This document shows, piece by piece, positions 1 through 8,870 of a stretch of 14,947 nt of DNA; the stretch's first letter is position 1; every line of letters begins with the position of its first letter. Position numbers and translations under genes: made by a program. The DNA is taken from IMG/VR virus record IMGVR_UViG_2778261635_000005. One strand, written 5' to 3'. The DNA is from a virus. Taxonomy: Duplodnaviria > Heunggongvirae > Uroviricota > Caudoviricetes. The notes under the pieces were generated by a model. The model made no database searches. It was not told the origin of the DNA and saw only the letters and a program-made list of their open reading frames with translations.

Positions 1-1284
1 TTACAGACTTCTGGAAGGTTGCGCAGCTCTTACAACACGCGGTTGATCTTCCGCAGCGTCTTCCAGCGCACTTAAATCACGGTCTTTCACCTCTGGCATT
101 TTCAGCGCAGAGATTAAACCAATCACTGAATATGCCATGATCATAATGGCGATCGGATACCAGGATTCCGTCATGGTGCAGAAAATACCCGCCAGGATAG
201 GACCAAAACCGGAAGCGATAAGACCACCAATTTCTTTAGAAATAGCCATCCGGGTAAAGCGGTTTTTACAGCCGAACATTTCTGCCATGGTAATGTTTTC
301 CAGAGCAAATAATCCCAGCACCGCACAGTTATGAATCACAATCAGTGCAACCATAATGGTGCTCGGGGCATAGCTTTTATCTACAATGATAGAAAGCATT
401 GGCCATGCCAGCACAATCGCGGAGGTATTCATAATAATATACGGGATCCGGCGACCAATTTTATCGGATAACCAACCAAGGAACGGAATGGTCATAAAGC
501 CGAGAATCGAACTGATCATCAATGCATCTGTTGGAATTGCTTTGTTAAACAATAACGTCTGCACTAAATAGCCTGCAAGGAAAGTCTGAATTAACCCGGA
601 GTTACCCGCCTGACCAAAACGCAGCCCTGTTGCCAGCCAGAAGGATTTGCTCTGGAACATGCTACCAGCAGGTGCAGGTTTTGCTGTCGGTTGGTTACTG
701 TCGTTAACCTTCTCAAAGACCGGGCTTTCTTTCAGATTCATACGCAACCAGATAGCAAAGACCATCACGACAACGCTCGCCAGGAACGGTATACGCCATC
801 CCCACGCCAGCAGTTCCTCTTTACTGAGAATGAAGAACATAAAGGCCCAGATTGCCGTTGCGCTCAAGGTTCCGCAGTTAGTTCCCATAGCCACAAATGA
901 GGAGATAATTCCGCGCTTACCTTTTGGCGCATATTCCGCCAGCATCGTACCGGCACCGGAAATTTCCGCACCTGCACCCAACCCCTGAATAATACGCAAC
1001 GTCACCAGCAAGATGGGTGCAAAAACACCAATCTGTGCATAGGTCGGTAACACACCAATTAAGGTGGTACAGATCCCCATCATGGTGATGGTAATAAAGA
1101 GCACTTTTTTACGCCCTATTCTGTCGCCCATTTTGCCGAAAATAAATGCTCCGACAATACGCGCCACATAACCTGCACCGTAGGTTCCCATTGCCAGAAT
1201 TAACGCCATTGCCGTTGATGATTCAGGAAAAAATATTTCATGAAACACTAACGCTGCGCCGAGCGAATATAACTGGAAATCCAT
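1..1284 (-). pseudogene. ydfJ: MFS transporter (metabolite:H+ symporter type), 5'-truncated remnant
   Basis: 427-aa ORF from the track with a multi-TM hydrophobic profile and MFS loop motif (FGKMGDRIGRKK). The ORF begins inside the conserved TM1 region (MDFQLY aligns with the E-W-F-D-F block of KgtP/ProP-type transporters) and an in-frame TGA lies two codons upstream of the ATG, so about 30-40 N-terminal residues and the native promoter are absent. Confidence 0.7.
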
Positions 1285-1530
1285 AATTCACAGGTGTTTT
1301 TTCCCATCCTGTGGTTTCCTTGGCGTTTTCTAGGTTTTTTCAGATAGTTGCATTTTTTAAAAAGCATCCTAAGTTCGATCTCAGTGTCTATCTGGGGCCT
1401 ATTTCTGTCCCATATATGCCCCAAAAAAAACTCCCCAACAGATAAGTAGTTTTTTCATGGATTTATGCGTAAAATCAAGAACGGCTGGAAATCATTCAAT
1501 ACTCACACTATCGAAAAATTTACCAGCCAA

Positions 1531-1570
1531 CCGCAGCACGTTCTTGCATAAGGCGTGTCTGCGGTTTTTC
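1531..1570 (+). terminator. Candidate intrinsic terminator (hairpin plus T-run)
   Basis: CCGCAGCACG ... CGTGTCTGCGG stem (about 10 bp with one bulge, 13-nt loop) followed by TTTTTC on the plus strand. No obvious upstream plus-strand gene, so function is uncertain. Confidence 0.3.
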
Positions 1571-1888
1571 AACTATTCAGATACATCACTCCCATCACAT
1601 TCATTCCTCCGCATCAAAGGCATATAGGCTATATCACCTTGATATTTTTATTTTTCAGATAAAAACTGTTATCTATGTATACTTTTAAACCCAATCCGTG
1701 TAGAGTCTCTGCATAAGATAGTTTGCAGTTGCCGCTTCAGCTTGCGCCATAAACCGCCTGATTTTTGCTGCCACCTGTTAGCATTCCTGTATACCTGAAA
1801 CGACAATGTTTATCTACGAACTTTAAGAACACCCAAGATAAAAATTGTCAACTATATCATATATAACACATTACTAATTCGAGGCTAT

Positions 1889-2002
1889 ATGAACAGCATA
1901 CTGATAATCACATCTCTCCTTATCATATTCAGCATTTTTAGTCATGCCCTAATAAAATTAGGGATTGGCATATCCAATAACCCAGACAAAACCGATGTAT
2001 AA
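1889..2002 (+). CDS. Candidate small membrane peptide (37 aa)
   Basis: ATG at 1889 preceded by GAGG (4-nt spacer); translation [37 protein letters not shown] has one predicted TM helix. Below the ORF-track length cutoff; AT-rich with several ATA codons, so could be spurious. Confidence 0.25.
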
Positions 2003-2070
2003 GTCAACATATCCTGAATCAGACATACAATATCGCAATGAAAATCAATAATATTTTAAGGAATATCTTC

Positions 2071-2304
2071 ATGAAATCAAAAGACACCCTAAAGTGGTTC
2101 CCTGCGCAGCTTCCTGAAGTAAGAATTATCCTAGGGGATGCTGTAGTGGAAGTAGCAAAACAGGGAAGACCTATCAATACCAGAACATTGCTTGATTACA
2201 TTGAAGGAAACATAAAGAAAAAATCATGGCTGGATAACAAAGAATTATTACAAACAGCGATATCAGTTCTTAAAGACAACCAAAATTTAAATGGTAAAAT
2301 GTAA
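2071..2304 (+). CDS. ydfK: YdfK/YnaE-family small protein (prophage cold-shock-associated gene)
   Basis: Track ORF 2038..2304; internal ATG at 2071 has an AAGGA RBS 8 nt upstream and gives the 77-aa product MKSKDTLKWFPAQLPEVRIILGDAVVEVAKQGRPINTR..., recognised from recall of K-12 YdfK. Confidence 0.8.
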   Translation: MKSKDTLKWFPAQLPEVRIILGDAVVEVAKQGRPINTRTLLDYIEGNIKKKSWLDNKELLQTAISVLKDNQNLNGKM

Positions 2305-2620
2305 TATAATAAACTTACTTTTTTATCATTTTTCCACTTTAACAACATTTTGCTCCACTTTTCCACGACCAAACAACTTGAAATCTGGTTAAAATAACAC
2401 GCAACACTATTCTTCTTCCTTGAGTCCGCCCGGAACTCGAAAAACAAACCGAGTTAAAGCCATTTTTCACAAAATCGATTTTGGGTCTCACCAAAATTAC
2501 GGGGTTGCATACGCATTCGTTTATTTTCGAACGTGTACATACAAATATGCACAAAAATAATCAAAATTATTTTCTGAGATGCATTATGATATGAACACCA
2601 ATTTCGTATAGAGTCTCACT

Positions 2621-3211
2621 ATGTCTCGAATTTTTGCTTACTGTCGGATATCAACGCTGGATCAGACCACCGAAAATCAACGCCGGGAAATCGAAAGTGC
2701 AGGTTTTAAAATCAAACCTCAGCAAATAATCGAAGAACACATTAGCGGCTCAGCAGCAACCAGTGAGCGTCCTGGTTTTAACCGGTTGCTTGCTCGCCTG
2801 AAATGTGGTGATCAATTGATTGTGACAAAACTGGATCGCCTTGGTTGTAATGCAATGGATATCAGGAAAACAGTGGAACAACTGACCGAAACAGGTATCA
2901 GAGTGCATTGCTTAGCATTGGGGGGCATTGACCTGACCAGTCCAACAGGAAAAATGATGATGCAAGTAATTTCAGCAGTCGCTGAATTTGAACGAGACCT
3001 TTTACTTGAACGCACTCATTCCGGGATAGTAAGAGCCCGGGGCGCAGGGAAACGTTTTGGTCGACCACCTGTGTTAAATGAAGAACAGAAACAGGTGGTA
3101 TTCGAACGAATTAAGTCAGGTGTAAGTATAAGTGCCATTGCCCGGGAATTCAAAACCTCGCGGCAAACCATTTTAAGAGCCAAAGCAAAACTTCAGACAC
3201 CTGACATATAA
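2621..3211 (+). CDS. pinQ: Serine recombinase (resolvase/invertase family), Pin-like
   Basis: 196-aa ORF; N-terminal catalytic region YCRISTLDQ (catalytic Ser), KLDRLG and GRPP motifs, C-terminal HTH ([18 protein letters not shown]); typical small serine recombinase architecture. Confidence 0.9.
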
Positions 3212-3216
3212 AAAAT

Positions 3217-3232
3217 AATCTCGGTGTGAGAT
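3217..3232. terminator. Weak hairpin between convergent pinQ and tfaQ (possible bidirectional terminator)
   Basis: ATCTC-GGTGT-GAGAT inverted repeat immediately after the pinQ stop, flanked by an A-run on the plus strand (a T-run on the minus strand). The stem is only 5 bp. Confidence 0.2.
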
Positions 3233-3308
3233 GCTTTACGTCTTCCAAGCCACCTTCCTTGCCGTAAATGGAAAGATACATCTAATTATAGAATTTATAT
3301 GTTTTACC

Positions 3309-3884
3309 CTACGGCAGTGCTGGCCATTCAATATCCTGTGCAGTTGACGTATCAACACGGTTCAGCAATACCCGATACTTTTTCCATGCTTCCAGCAACG
3401 AGATTTCTTCCTCCGTTGCAATTTCCAGATCTGCAGCATCCTGAAGCGGCGCAATATGCTCACTGGCTACCTGCATCAGGCTGTTTTTTGTTTCTTCCGC
3501 CTCCCGGATCCGGAACAGTTTTTCTGCTTCCGTATCCTTCACCCAGGCTGTGCCGTTCCACTTCTGATATTCCCCTCCCGGCGATAACCAGGTAACATTT
3601 TCCGGTAACGGACCGAGTTCAGAAATAAATAACGCGTCGCCGGAAGCCACGTCATAAACCGTTTTACCCCGATGATCTTCAACGAGATGCCACGATGCCT
3701 CATCACTGTTGAAAACAGCCACGAAGCCTGCCGGAATATCTGGCGGTGCAATATCGATACTGTTTGCTGGCAGACCTGTATGAGGCGGAATATATGCGTC
3801 ACCTTCACCAATAAATTCATTAGTTCCGGCCAGCAGATTATAAATTTTTATGGTCCGTGGTTGTTCACTCATTCTGAATGCCAT
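3309..3884 (-). CDS. tfaQ: Tail fibre assembly protein (lambda Tfa-like chaperone)
   Basis: 191-aa [37 protein letters not shown]... recognised as the lambdoid Tfa family; its start overlaps the stop of the upstream tail-fibre ORF (TAATG), as in stf-tfa pairs. Confidence 0.9.
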   Translation of the reverse strand: MAFRMSEQPRTIKIYNLLAGTNEFIGEGDAYIPPHTGLPANSIDIAPPDIPAGFVAVFNSDEASWHLVEDHRGKTVYDVASGDALFISELGPLPENVTWLSPGGEYQKWNGTAWVKDTEAEKLFRIREAEETKNSLMQVASEHIAPLQDAADLEIATEEEISLLEAWKKYRVLLNRVDTSTAQDIEWPALP

Positions 3885-6064
3885 TATGCAAGCCTCACAA
3901 TATAGTTAAATGCGATGTTTTTGACGGTGTTTTCCGCGTTACCAGCAGCGTTAACGGTGATGGTATGTCCATGTGAACCAATCGCAACGGAGTGCGTATG
4001 AGCACCAATACCGACAGTATGTGCGTGTGCACCTGCGCTTGCAGCAGTACCCGATACAGAGTGCGTATGAGCGCCTGCAGAAGAAGTGTTAACACTGTAT
4101 TTAGAATAATCAGGTGATCCACTTCCCGGAGCACCACTGGAACCACCTGAAACAAATGTCATCGAATGGGTATGTGCACCGGCTGAAGCAGCCGTACCGC
4201 TAACACTATGGGTATGCGCACCAGTGTTATTCGTGGATTTAGTGCCGTAATCAAACGACGATGTGGTTTTCGTCCCCAAATCCGTACTGGATACGCTGGC
4301 GCTGTGGGTGTGTGATTTAATGCCGTCCTGTTCCTGAGACAATACGGCTCGATCACTGGCGGGCTTGCCCTTAATCGTCCAGCCACGCATATCAGGGATC
4401 ACGCCTGACGGATAAGCGGCTGCAAGTTTCGGGTAAGCAGATTTGTCAAAAGTCTGCCCCTGCATCAGGGCATAACCAGACGGAACGGTATCTGATGGCC
4501 ACGGGATTGGTGCACCGACTGGATAAAACTCTGCAGGAGGATGAGCCGAGGTGTAAAGCTGCGCCCACGGCGACCAGTTTGCGTCGGTCGTATCCCGTCG
4601 TGAACGAATAAATGCCGGAGCATGAGCACCGCTTGTACCACTCCAGCCGATGAGTAACTCACCTTCGCCAACGGCTGTCATCCCTTTCAGGTGAATGATA
4701 TTTCCATACGCTGTTGGATATCCGTTGTTATACACCTCGTATAACTCAAGACCTGTTGCCCCCTGCGTATTGTCTGTCAGCGCGGTTACCTGAACCACAA
4801 AACGGCGATGACGTCCCGCCTGCACATCCACTGTCGCCACAAGGAAATTAATGCCATCCGGCACACTGCGGGAAGGAACTGGCTCTGCCCGCTGCTCAAG
4901 CAGTTCACTTTTTCGTTGCTCCATGCTGGCACGAGGAAGATAAGGCAATCCCCAGTCGGTGTTGATAACCGCCCTGAGTGTTTCTTCGCTTCCTGTCGCT
5001 TCATACTCCTGTTCTGCAGTCAGTAATTTGTAAACCAGTTGCGCCCAGGTCTGATACGCAGCAGCTGGCCCTTCCATCCAGAAACTGGCGATACGGGAGC
5101 GGCGCGGTTCACCGGAAACGTTGCCGTTACGATCAATGACCTGACCTTCACGCAACCAGACTCCTGCACTATTGAGCTCACGCTTTTTCTCCGCAGTGAT
5201 AATGCCGCTGCAGTGCGGGCAAAGTAGATACGCCGCCTCACTGGCTTTAAAGGGATCCGGTTCATTACGGTAGCCGGTCATGGCATCCATGGCTGGCTGA
5301 AAATATTCACCGCAGTGCGGACATGACCAGTACCAGCGGCGGCGGTCACCACGATTGTAAAGGGAAAGAATACCAGTCGTCGGTGGCGCTTCATGAGGCG
5401 ACTTACGTCGCCATTTGCTGTCGCAGATGTCACGTCCCGGCGAGCTCTCCACCAGAGTCATCCCGGCGGACATAAATGTGGTGGTACGTTTTGAGGCCAG
5501 GGAGAAACCATCACCCTCGCTGTCGATATTCTCCGGAAAACGGTCGTAATCGGTTAAGGCGACAAACCGGTAATCCGACGACGACATAATGTTGACCGAG
5601 GGCCAACCAATTTTAAGGAACGAGCCATCCCTGAACGTCTTATCATGGACATTATTGTCGTTACGACGTGGACTCATTCTTTTCTTTACCGCCGCACTGC
5701 TTCTGAACGTTCTGTCGAGGCGCTTTTTAGAATGCTCGCGGGCCTTATCTTCGGTCATCTGCACAACGAGCATGTCCGAAGGATCGCAAACGATGGTATA
5801 GACAATCCATCCATCGATCAGACCAATGGTCTTCCCTGTTCGCGCAGGACCAACAAAAATCACCGCATCGTATTCACGCGATGCCAGGCAGTTCATGGGC
5901 TCAATGATGTAGGGTGTCAGTTCAGGATCCCATGGCACCGAGTTACCAGCCCCCTTGGGAACACGCATGAATTTTTTAACAGCCTCCGAAATCGGCATGC
6001 GACGTGGTGGGGAAAATCCTGCCGATATGTCCCTTCCCAAATTTCGGGCTGATGAAAAACCCAT
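3884..6064 (-). CDS. stfQ: Chimeric ORF: large terminase (gpA-like) N-terminal about 430 aa fused in frame to a side-tail-fibre C-terminal region
   Basis: 726-aa ORF with strong AGGAGG RBS. The N-terminal part has Walker A GPARTGKT (residues 72-79) and two CPHC motifs (248-251, 282-285) in the lambda gpA arrangement. The C-terminal part has a tail-collar-like block ([23 protein letters not shown]...DMRGW) and seven HxH motifs typical of fibre tips. The gene symbol refers to the tail-fibre portion; the reference annotation may split this ORF differently. Confidence 0.8.
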   Translation of the reverse strand: MGFSSARNLGRDISAGFSPPRRMPISEAVKKFMRVPKGAGNSVPWDPELTPYIIEPMNCLASREYDAVIFVGPARTGKTIGLIDGWIVYTIVCDPSDMLVVQMTEDKAREHSKKRLDRTFRSSAAVKKRMSPRRNDNNVHDKTFRDGSFLKIGWPSVNIMSSSDYRFVALTDYDRFPENIDSEGDGFSLASKRTTTFMSAGMTLVESSPGRDICDSKWRRKSPHEAPPTTGILSLYNRGDRRRWYWSCPHCGEYFQPAMDAMTGYRNEPDPFKASEAAYLLCPHCSGIITAEKKRELNSAGVWLREGQVIDRNGNVSGEPRRSRIASFWMEGPAAAYQTWAQLVYKLLTAEQEYEATGSEETLRAVINTDWGLPYLPRASMEQRKSELLEQRAEPVPSRSVPDGINFLVATVDVQAGRHRRFVVQVTALTDNTQGATGLELYEVYNNGYPTAYGNIIHLKGMTAVGEGELLIGWSGTSGAHAPAFIRSRRDTTDANWSPWAQLYTSAHPPAEFYPVGAPIPWPSDTVPSGYALMQGQTFDKSAYPKLAAAYPSGVIPDMRGWTIKGKPASDRAVLSQEQDGIKSHTHSASVSSTDLGTKTTSSFDYGTKSTNNTGAHTHSVSGTAASAGAHTHSMTFVSGGSSGAPGSGSPDYSKYSVNTSSAGAHTHSVSGTAASAGAHAHTVGIGAHTHSVAIGSHGHTITVNAAGNAENTVKNIAFNYIVRLA
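3962..4315 (-). repeat. HxH-motif repeat region encoding the tail-fibre distal tip
   Basis: Seven His-x-His motifs (SHTHS, GAHTHS x4, GAHAHT, GSHGHT) in residues 584-701 of the fusion ORF; the 18-aa block [18 protein letters not shown] occurs twice with clearly different codons. Confidence 0.6.
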
Positions 6065-6072
6065 TATTCCTC

Positions 6073-6630
6073 CTAGAGACTCTCTCCTTCCTCATCAGGA
6101 ATTAATTCAGCAGCACAAGCCTCGTAGGATTTTTCCTGAAGAGTGTATCGCAGGTCATCAATTGCCTGCTGTACAACGCCGACGGCCTGAGGAGTCAGGG
6201 CGCAATCGCGTTCAAGAACATCCGGAATTGTCTCCAGAACCTGGACGACAGCCTTTCTCATGGACGAATAGACGATGACTACTTCATCAACGGGGATGAG
6301 TTTTCGCTGCTCCTTTTCCAGCTTGATCCTTTCATTTTCAGACTGGTACCAGTCCTTTCTCTCTTTCGGCTCCATACGGGATGGATCATGAACAGAGTCT
6401 GCTGCCTCATGCTTCACACTAAACAGGGCTGGCCCGACATGCTGCAGGGCGTAAACGGGGTTCCCCCTGACAGTCGCAGCCACAGGAGTGTTGGCCGCGA
6501 GAAGCCGTTTTTTTACTGTGTCCCGGTGAAGCCCAAAGGCCTCAGCGATTTTAAAAACACTCCAGTAATAAGCATCACCGATCCCGCTCACATTTGACAT
6601 AAGCAACTCCATCTGGCAGGTGAAAATCAT
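6073..6630 (-). CDS. nohA: Terminase small subunit (lambda Nu1-like DNA packaging protein)
   Basis: Track ORF of 185 aa with an N-terminal winged-HTH-like segment ([23 protein letters not shown]) and overall Nu1-like layout. The RBS-supported start is the internal ATG at 6600 (GGAG 6 nt upstream, product MSNVSG..., 175 aa). Lies between the cos site and the gpA-like ORF as in lambda. Confidence 0.8.
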   Translation of the reverse strand: MIFTCQMELLMSNVSGIGDAYYWSVFKIAEAFGLHRDTVKKRLLAANTPVAATVRGNPVYALQHVGPALFSVKHEAADSVHDPSRMEPKERKDWYQSENERIKLEKEQRKLIPVDEVVIVYSSMRKAVVQVLETIPDVLERDCALTPQAVGVVQQAIDDLRYTLQEKSYEACAAELIPDEEGESL

Positions 6631-6720
6631 GTTTATTTATATATTTCAATTAATTGTAAACTGGTCTAATGACAGGGAGAAAAAAATATTGTACAGGTAA
6701 AAAGAGAAATAACTTTTAAT

Positions 6721-6860
6721 TATCAATAAATTACCAAACATGCTGCCGCCGCCATGGAAATGCAAAAACTAGCCTTTTTCCGCGACGCTCCCGCCCCGTG
6801 GCAGGGGCCCCCACCGGGAGGACCCGACAGCCTGACAGCCTGACAGCCTGACAGCCGTGA
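6721..6860 (-). other. cos site region (cosN-like 12-mer at 6785-6796, IHF-consensus match at 6721-6733, repeat array on the cosQ side)
   Basis: Minus-strand sequence GGGTCCTCCCGGTGGGGGCCCCTGCCACG GGGCGGGAGCGT CGCGG aligns with the recalled lambda cos junction GGGTCCTTTCCGGTGATCCGACAGGTTACG GGGCGGCGACCT CGCGG. TATCAATAAATTA matches the IHF consensus WATCAANNNNTTR. The position, about 185 bp upstream of the Nu1-like gene, matches lambda. Confidence 0.55.
6825..6856. repeat. 8-bp tandem repeat, CGACAGCC followed by three perfect TGACAGCC units
   Basis: Read directly from the sequence; lies immediately on the cosQ side of the cosN-like sequence. Confidence 0.9.
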
Positions 6861-6992
6861 CGAGCATCTGATACAGCGCTTTACATAATGGCATAGGAAT
6901 AATTCAGAAGGACATCACAGCATGCCCACACAAATTAGTGTGAGTGTCCTGTTTCTTCCTACGCACAGGACTGACGAGCATGAGGGGAAAAT

Positions 6993-7160
6993 ATGCGAAC
7001 CATAAATGCCTCATCTTCAGCAATGCAGCCGGCATCCGAACAGGACGATATTGTAAATTCACCTAATTACGAGGACATTGCAGTAGTTGAATTGCAGCTC
7101 TGTATTAGCCTGACAGTGACAGAATGCGATATTGACTCTGTCACAGGTGAAATAGTTTGA
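6993..7160 (+). CDS. Candidate small acidic protein (55 aa)
   Basis: ATG at 6993 with GAGGGG RBS 5 nt upstream; translation MRTINASSSAMQPASEQDDIVNSPNYEDIAVVELQLCISLTVTECDIDSVTGEIV. Below the track cutoff; no recognised family. Confidence 0.3.
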   Translation: MRTINASSSAMQPASEQDDIVNSPNYEDIAVVELQLCISLTVTECDIDSVTGEIV

Positions 7161-7180
7161 ATGATTAGCAGTTATGGTGC

Positions 7181-7387
7181 TCAGTCAACCACCAGGGAAT
7201 AATCCTTCGAATTCTTATCGTGCTTCACCAACGCTGCCTCAATTGCCCTGAATGCTTCCAGAGACACCTGATGTTCTATACATGCAATTACAACATCCGG
7301 GTAACTCATAGAAATGGTGCTATTAAGCATATTTTTTACACGAATCAGATCCAACGAGAGTTCATCAGCAGATTGTTCTTTATTCAT
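7181..7387 (-). CDS. Hypothetical small protein (68 aa), prophage cargo
   Basis: Track ORF with ATG start and GGAG RBS at 7-nt spacing; convergent with the 55-aa candidate. By position between the Nu1-like gene and ydfO it may correspond to K-12 ynfO, but the sequence itself is not recognised. Confidence 0.55.
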   Translation of the reverse strand: MNKEQSADELSLDLIRVKNMLNSTISMSYPDVVIACIEHQVSLEAFRAIEAALVKHDKNSKDYSLVVD

Positions 7388-7687
7388 TTTGTCGCTCCAT
7401 GCGTTTGCTCGTCATCTAGCGGTTAAAATATTACTTCAAATCTTACTGCATAAAAGAGGAAAAGTATGAAAGTTTGAGTACATCGACCTTACATACATCT
7501 GTCGGTTGCATATCCCTCCTGGATGCCAGCAAGGCTCAATTTTGTTACGCAATCAACACTATTCATTAAAAACAGGCTTAATATTTGACATAAATCATCA
7601 ACAAAACACAAAGAGGTCAGACCAGATTGAAACAATAAACACGATAATGCAAACTACGCGCCATCGTATCACATGGAAGGTTTACCA

Positions 7688-8098
7688 ATGGCTCAGGCTG
7701 CCATTTTTAAAGAAATATTCGATCAAGTGCGTAAAGATTTAAACTGTGAATTATTTTATTCTGAGCTAAAACGTCACAATATCTCACTTTATATTTACTA
7801 TTTAGCCACAGATAATATTCACATTGTGTTAGAAAACGACAACATAGTGTTAGTAAAAGGACTCAAAAAGGTTGTAAATGTTAAATTCTCCAGAAACAAA
7901 CATCTTATAGAGACCTCCTATAATAAGTTGAAATTAAAAGAAATCACATTTCAACAATACAGGGAAAATCTTGCTAAAGCAGGAGTTTTCCGATGGGTTA
8001 CAAATATCCAGGAACACCAAAGATATCACTATGCCTTTGATAACTCATTACTATTTACTGAAAGCATCCAGAAAACTACACAGATCTTACCACGCTAA
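7688..8098 (+). CDS. ydfO: DUF1398-family protein
   Basis: Track ORF 7673..8098; the ATG at 7688 (product [18 protein letters not shown]...) has a GGAAGG RBS 7 nt upstream. Sequence recalled as K-12 YdfO. Oriented against the late operon. Confidence 0.8.
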   Translation: MAQAAIFKEIFDQVRKDLNCELFYSELKRHNISLYIYYLATDNIHIVLENDNIVLVKGLKKVVNVKFSRNKHLIETSYNKLKLKEITFQQYRENLAKAGVFRWVTNIQEHQRYHYAFDNSLLFTESIQKTTQILPR

Positions 8099-8249
8099 AC
8101 CATAACGTCCGGCTTCTCTCACTCCTGAGCCGGACTGCATTGGTTTAATAAAAACCATCAACAATTGTGATTTAGATATTCGGAACCATTCAAATATAAC
8201 AAAACCCCGTAAAAACGAGGTTTATGGATAAATTTTATTATTGAATACA

Positions 8250-8423
8250 TCAGATTAAATTAATCTTGACATCATAGCTTTCAAGACCCGTCATTTTTTC
8301 CCGTGCGGTAAACTGAATACTGGTAACTTCTTTCCCGGTCTTTTTCTTAAGTTCAATAATTTTTTTTGTTATATATTCAGAAATATCTGCTTCTGCTTTT
8401 GTTTTTAAGTTTTCAATATTCAT
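8250..8423 (-). CDS. gnsB: GnsA/GnsB-family small protein
   Basis: Hand-translated 57-aa ORF (M)MNIENLKTKAEADISEYITKKIIELKKKTGKEVTSIQFTAREKMTGLESYDVKINLI with AGAGGA RBS; below the track cutoff. Matches recall of GnsB. A weak hairpin with a T-tail follows on the minus strand (8205-8220). Confidence 0.85.
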   Translation of the reverse strand: MNIENLKTKAEADISEYITKKIIELKKKTGKEVTSIQFTAREKMTGLESYDVKINLI

Positions 8424-8594
8424 CATTTCCTCTTTTAGTCTGTTATGACTTTCCAGTTACACAGTAAGTCGATTATATGGTGCAAACGTGTAAAAGATAA
8501 GATGAAACATCGCAATAATCAACATACGATAGTCTAAATTTTACACAAACAGACAAAGAGAATTTTCCTGAATTATCAATACAATAGCATCAAA

Positions 8595-8825
8595 TCAACT
8601 CAAGAGCCTTATTGCTGCTTCCAGAATTTCTTCTGAAGTAACATGTCGATCCGCGGCTACATAAATGACTTTATGATCTCCGGTCAGAGATGGAAACCCT
8701 GCGGCCATTACAGTAAGGTGTGTTTTTTCGCCATTTGGATATTCACGCATGATGGTGTTAACTCCAGTCATCGCTGGCACTACCACTGCTGGTTCAGAGT
8801 TAAAAAAAACTATGATTTTTTTCAT
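8595..8825 (-). CDS. ynfN: Hypothetical small protein (ynfN-like); start uncertain
   Basis: Track ORF 8595..8867 begins at a TTG; in-frame ATGs at 8825 (MKKIIVFF..., 76 aa), 8771 and 8750 (MREYPNG..., 51 aa). None has a strong SD. Coding-like throughout. Position between cspI and gnsB matches K-12 ynfN; symbol given on positional grounds. Confidence 0.5.
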   Translation of the reverse strand: MKKIIVFFNSEPAVVVPAMTGVNTIMREYPNGEKTHLTVMAAGFPSLTGDHKVIYVAADRHVTSEEILEAAIRLLS

Positions 8826-8870
8826 GATGTTACCGTAGTATGTGAGTATCCATCGAATAGATACCAAGCA

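Noticed and set aside
137-988. Plus-strand track ORFs 137..334, 386..571, 647..988, 691..900 antisense to the transporter gene
   Set aside because: Lie entirely inside a well-supported membrane-protein CDS on the other strand; no RBS noted; typical antisense shadow ORFs.
2196-2554. Minus-strand ORFs 2196..2447 and 2339..2554 between ydfK and pinQ
   Set aside because: Overlap the ydfK 3' end or the pinQ upstream region, low-complexity AT-rich translations, no convincing RBS.
1689-2620. Shared 20-mer CCAAT-(T)YCGTRTAGAGTCTC at about 1691-1711 and 2596-2617, the second directly before the pinQ ATG; considered as possible recombination sites
   Set aside because: Direct rather than inverted orientation, no similarity to gix/hix half-sites, and a 17-of-20 match is expected by chance several times in 15 kb on two strands.
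3299-3905. Track ORFs 3299..3595 (+), 3539..3820 (-), 3672..3905 (+) overlapping tfaQ
   Set aside because: Alternative frames of the tail fibre assembly gene; the tfaQ frame is supported by family similarity and translational coupling.
3895-6278. Ten short ORFs on both strands inside the terminase/tail-fibre fusion ORF (3895..4155 through 5955..6278)
   Set aside because: All are nested in or antisense to the 726-aa ORF, whose frame is supported by terminase and fibre motifs; His/Gly/Ala-rich repeats readily give open alternative frames.
6388-6597. Plus-strand ORF antisense to the Nu1-like gene
   Set aside because: Shadow ORF inside a recognised CDS.
7220-7742. Plus-strand ORFs 7220..7426 and 7506..7742
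   Set aside because: The first is antisense to the RBS-supported 68-aa gene; the second overlaps the ydfO start region in another frame and has no RBS.
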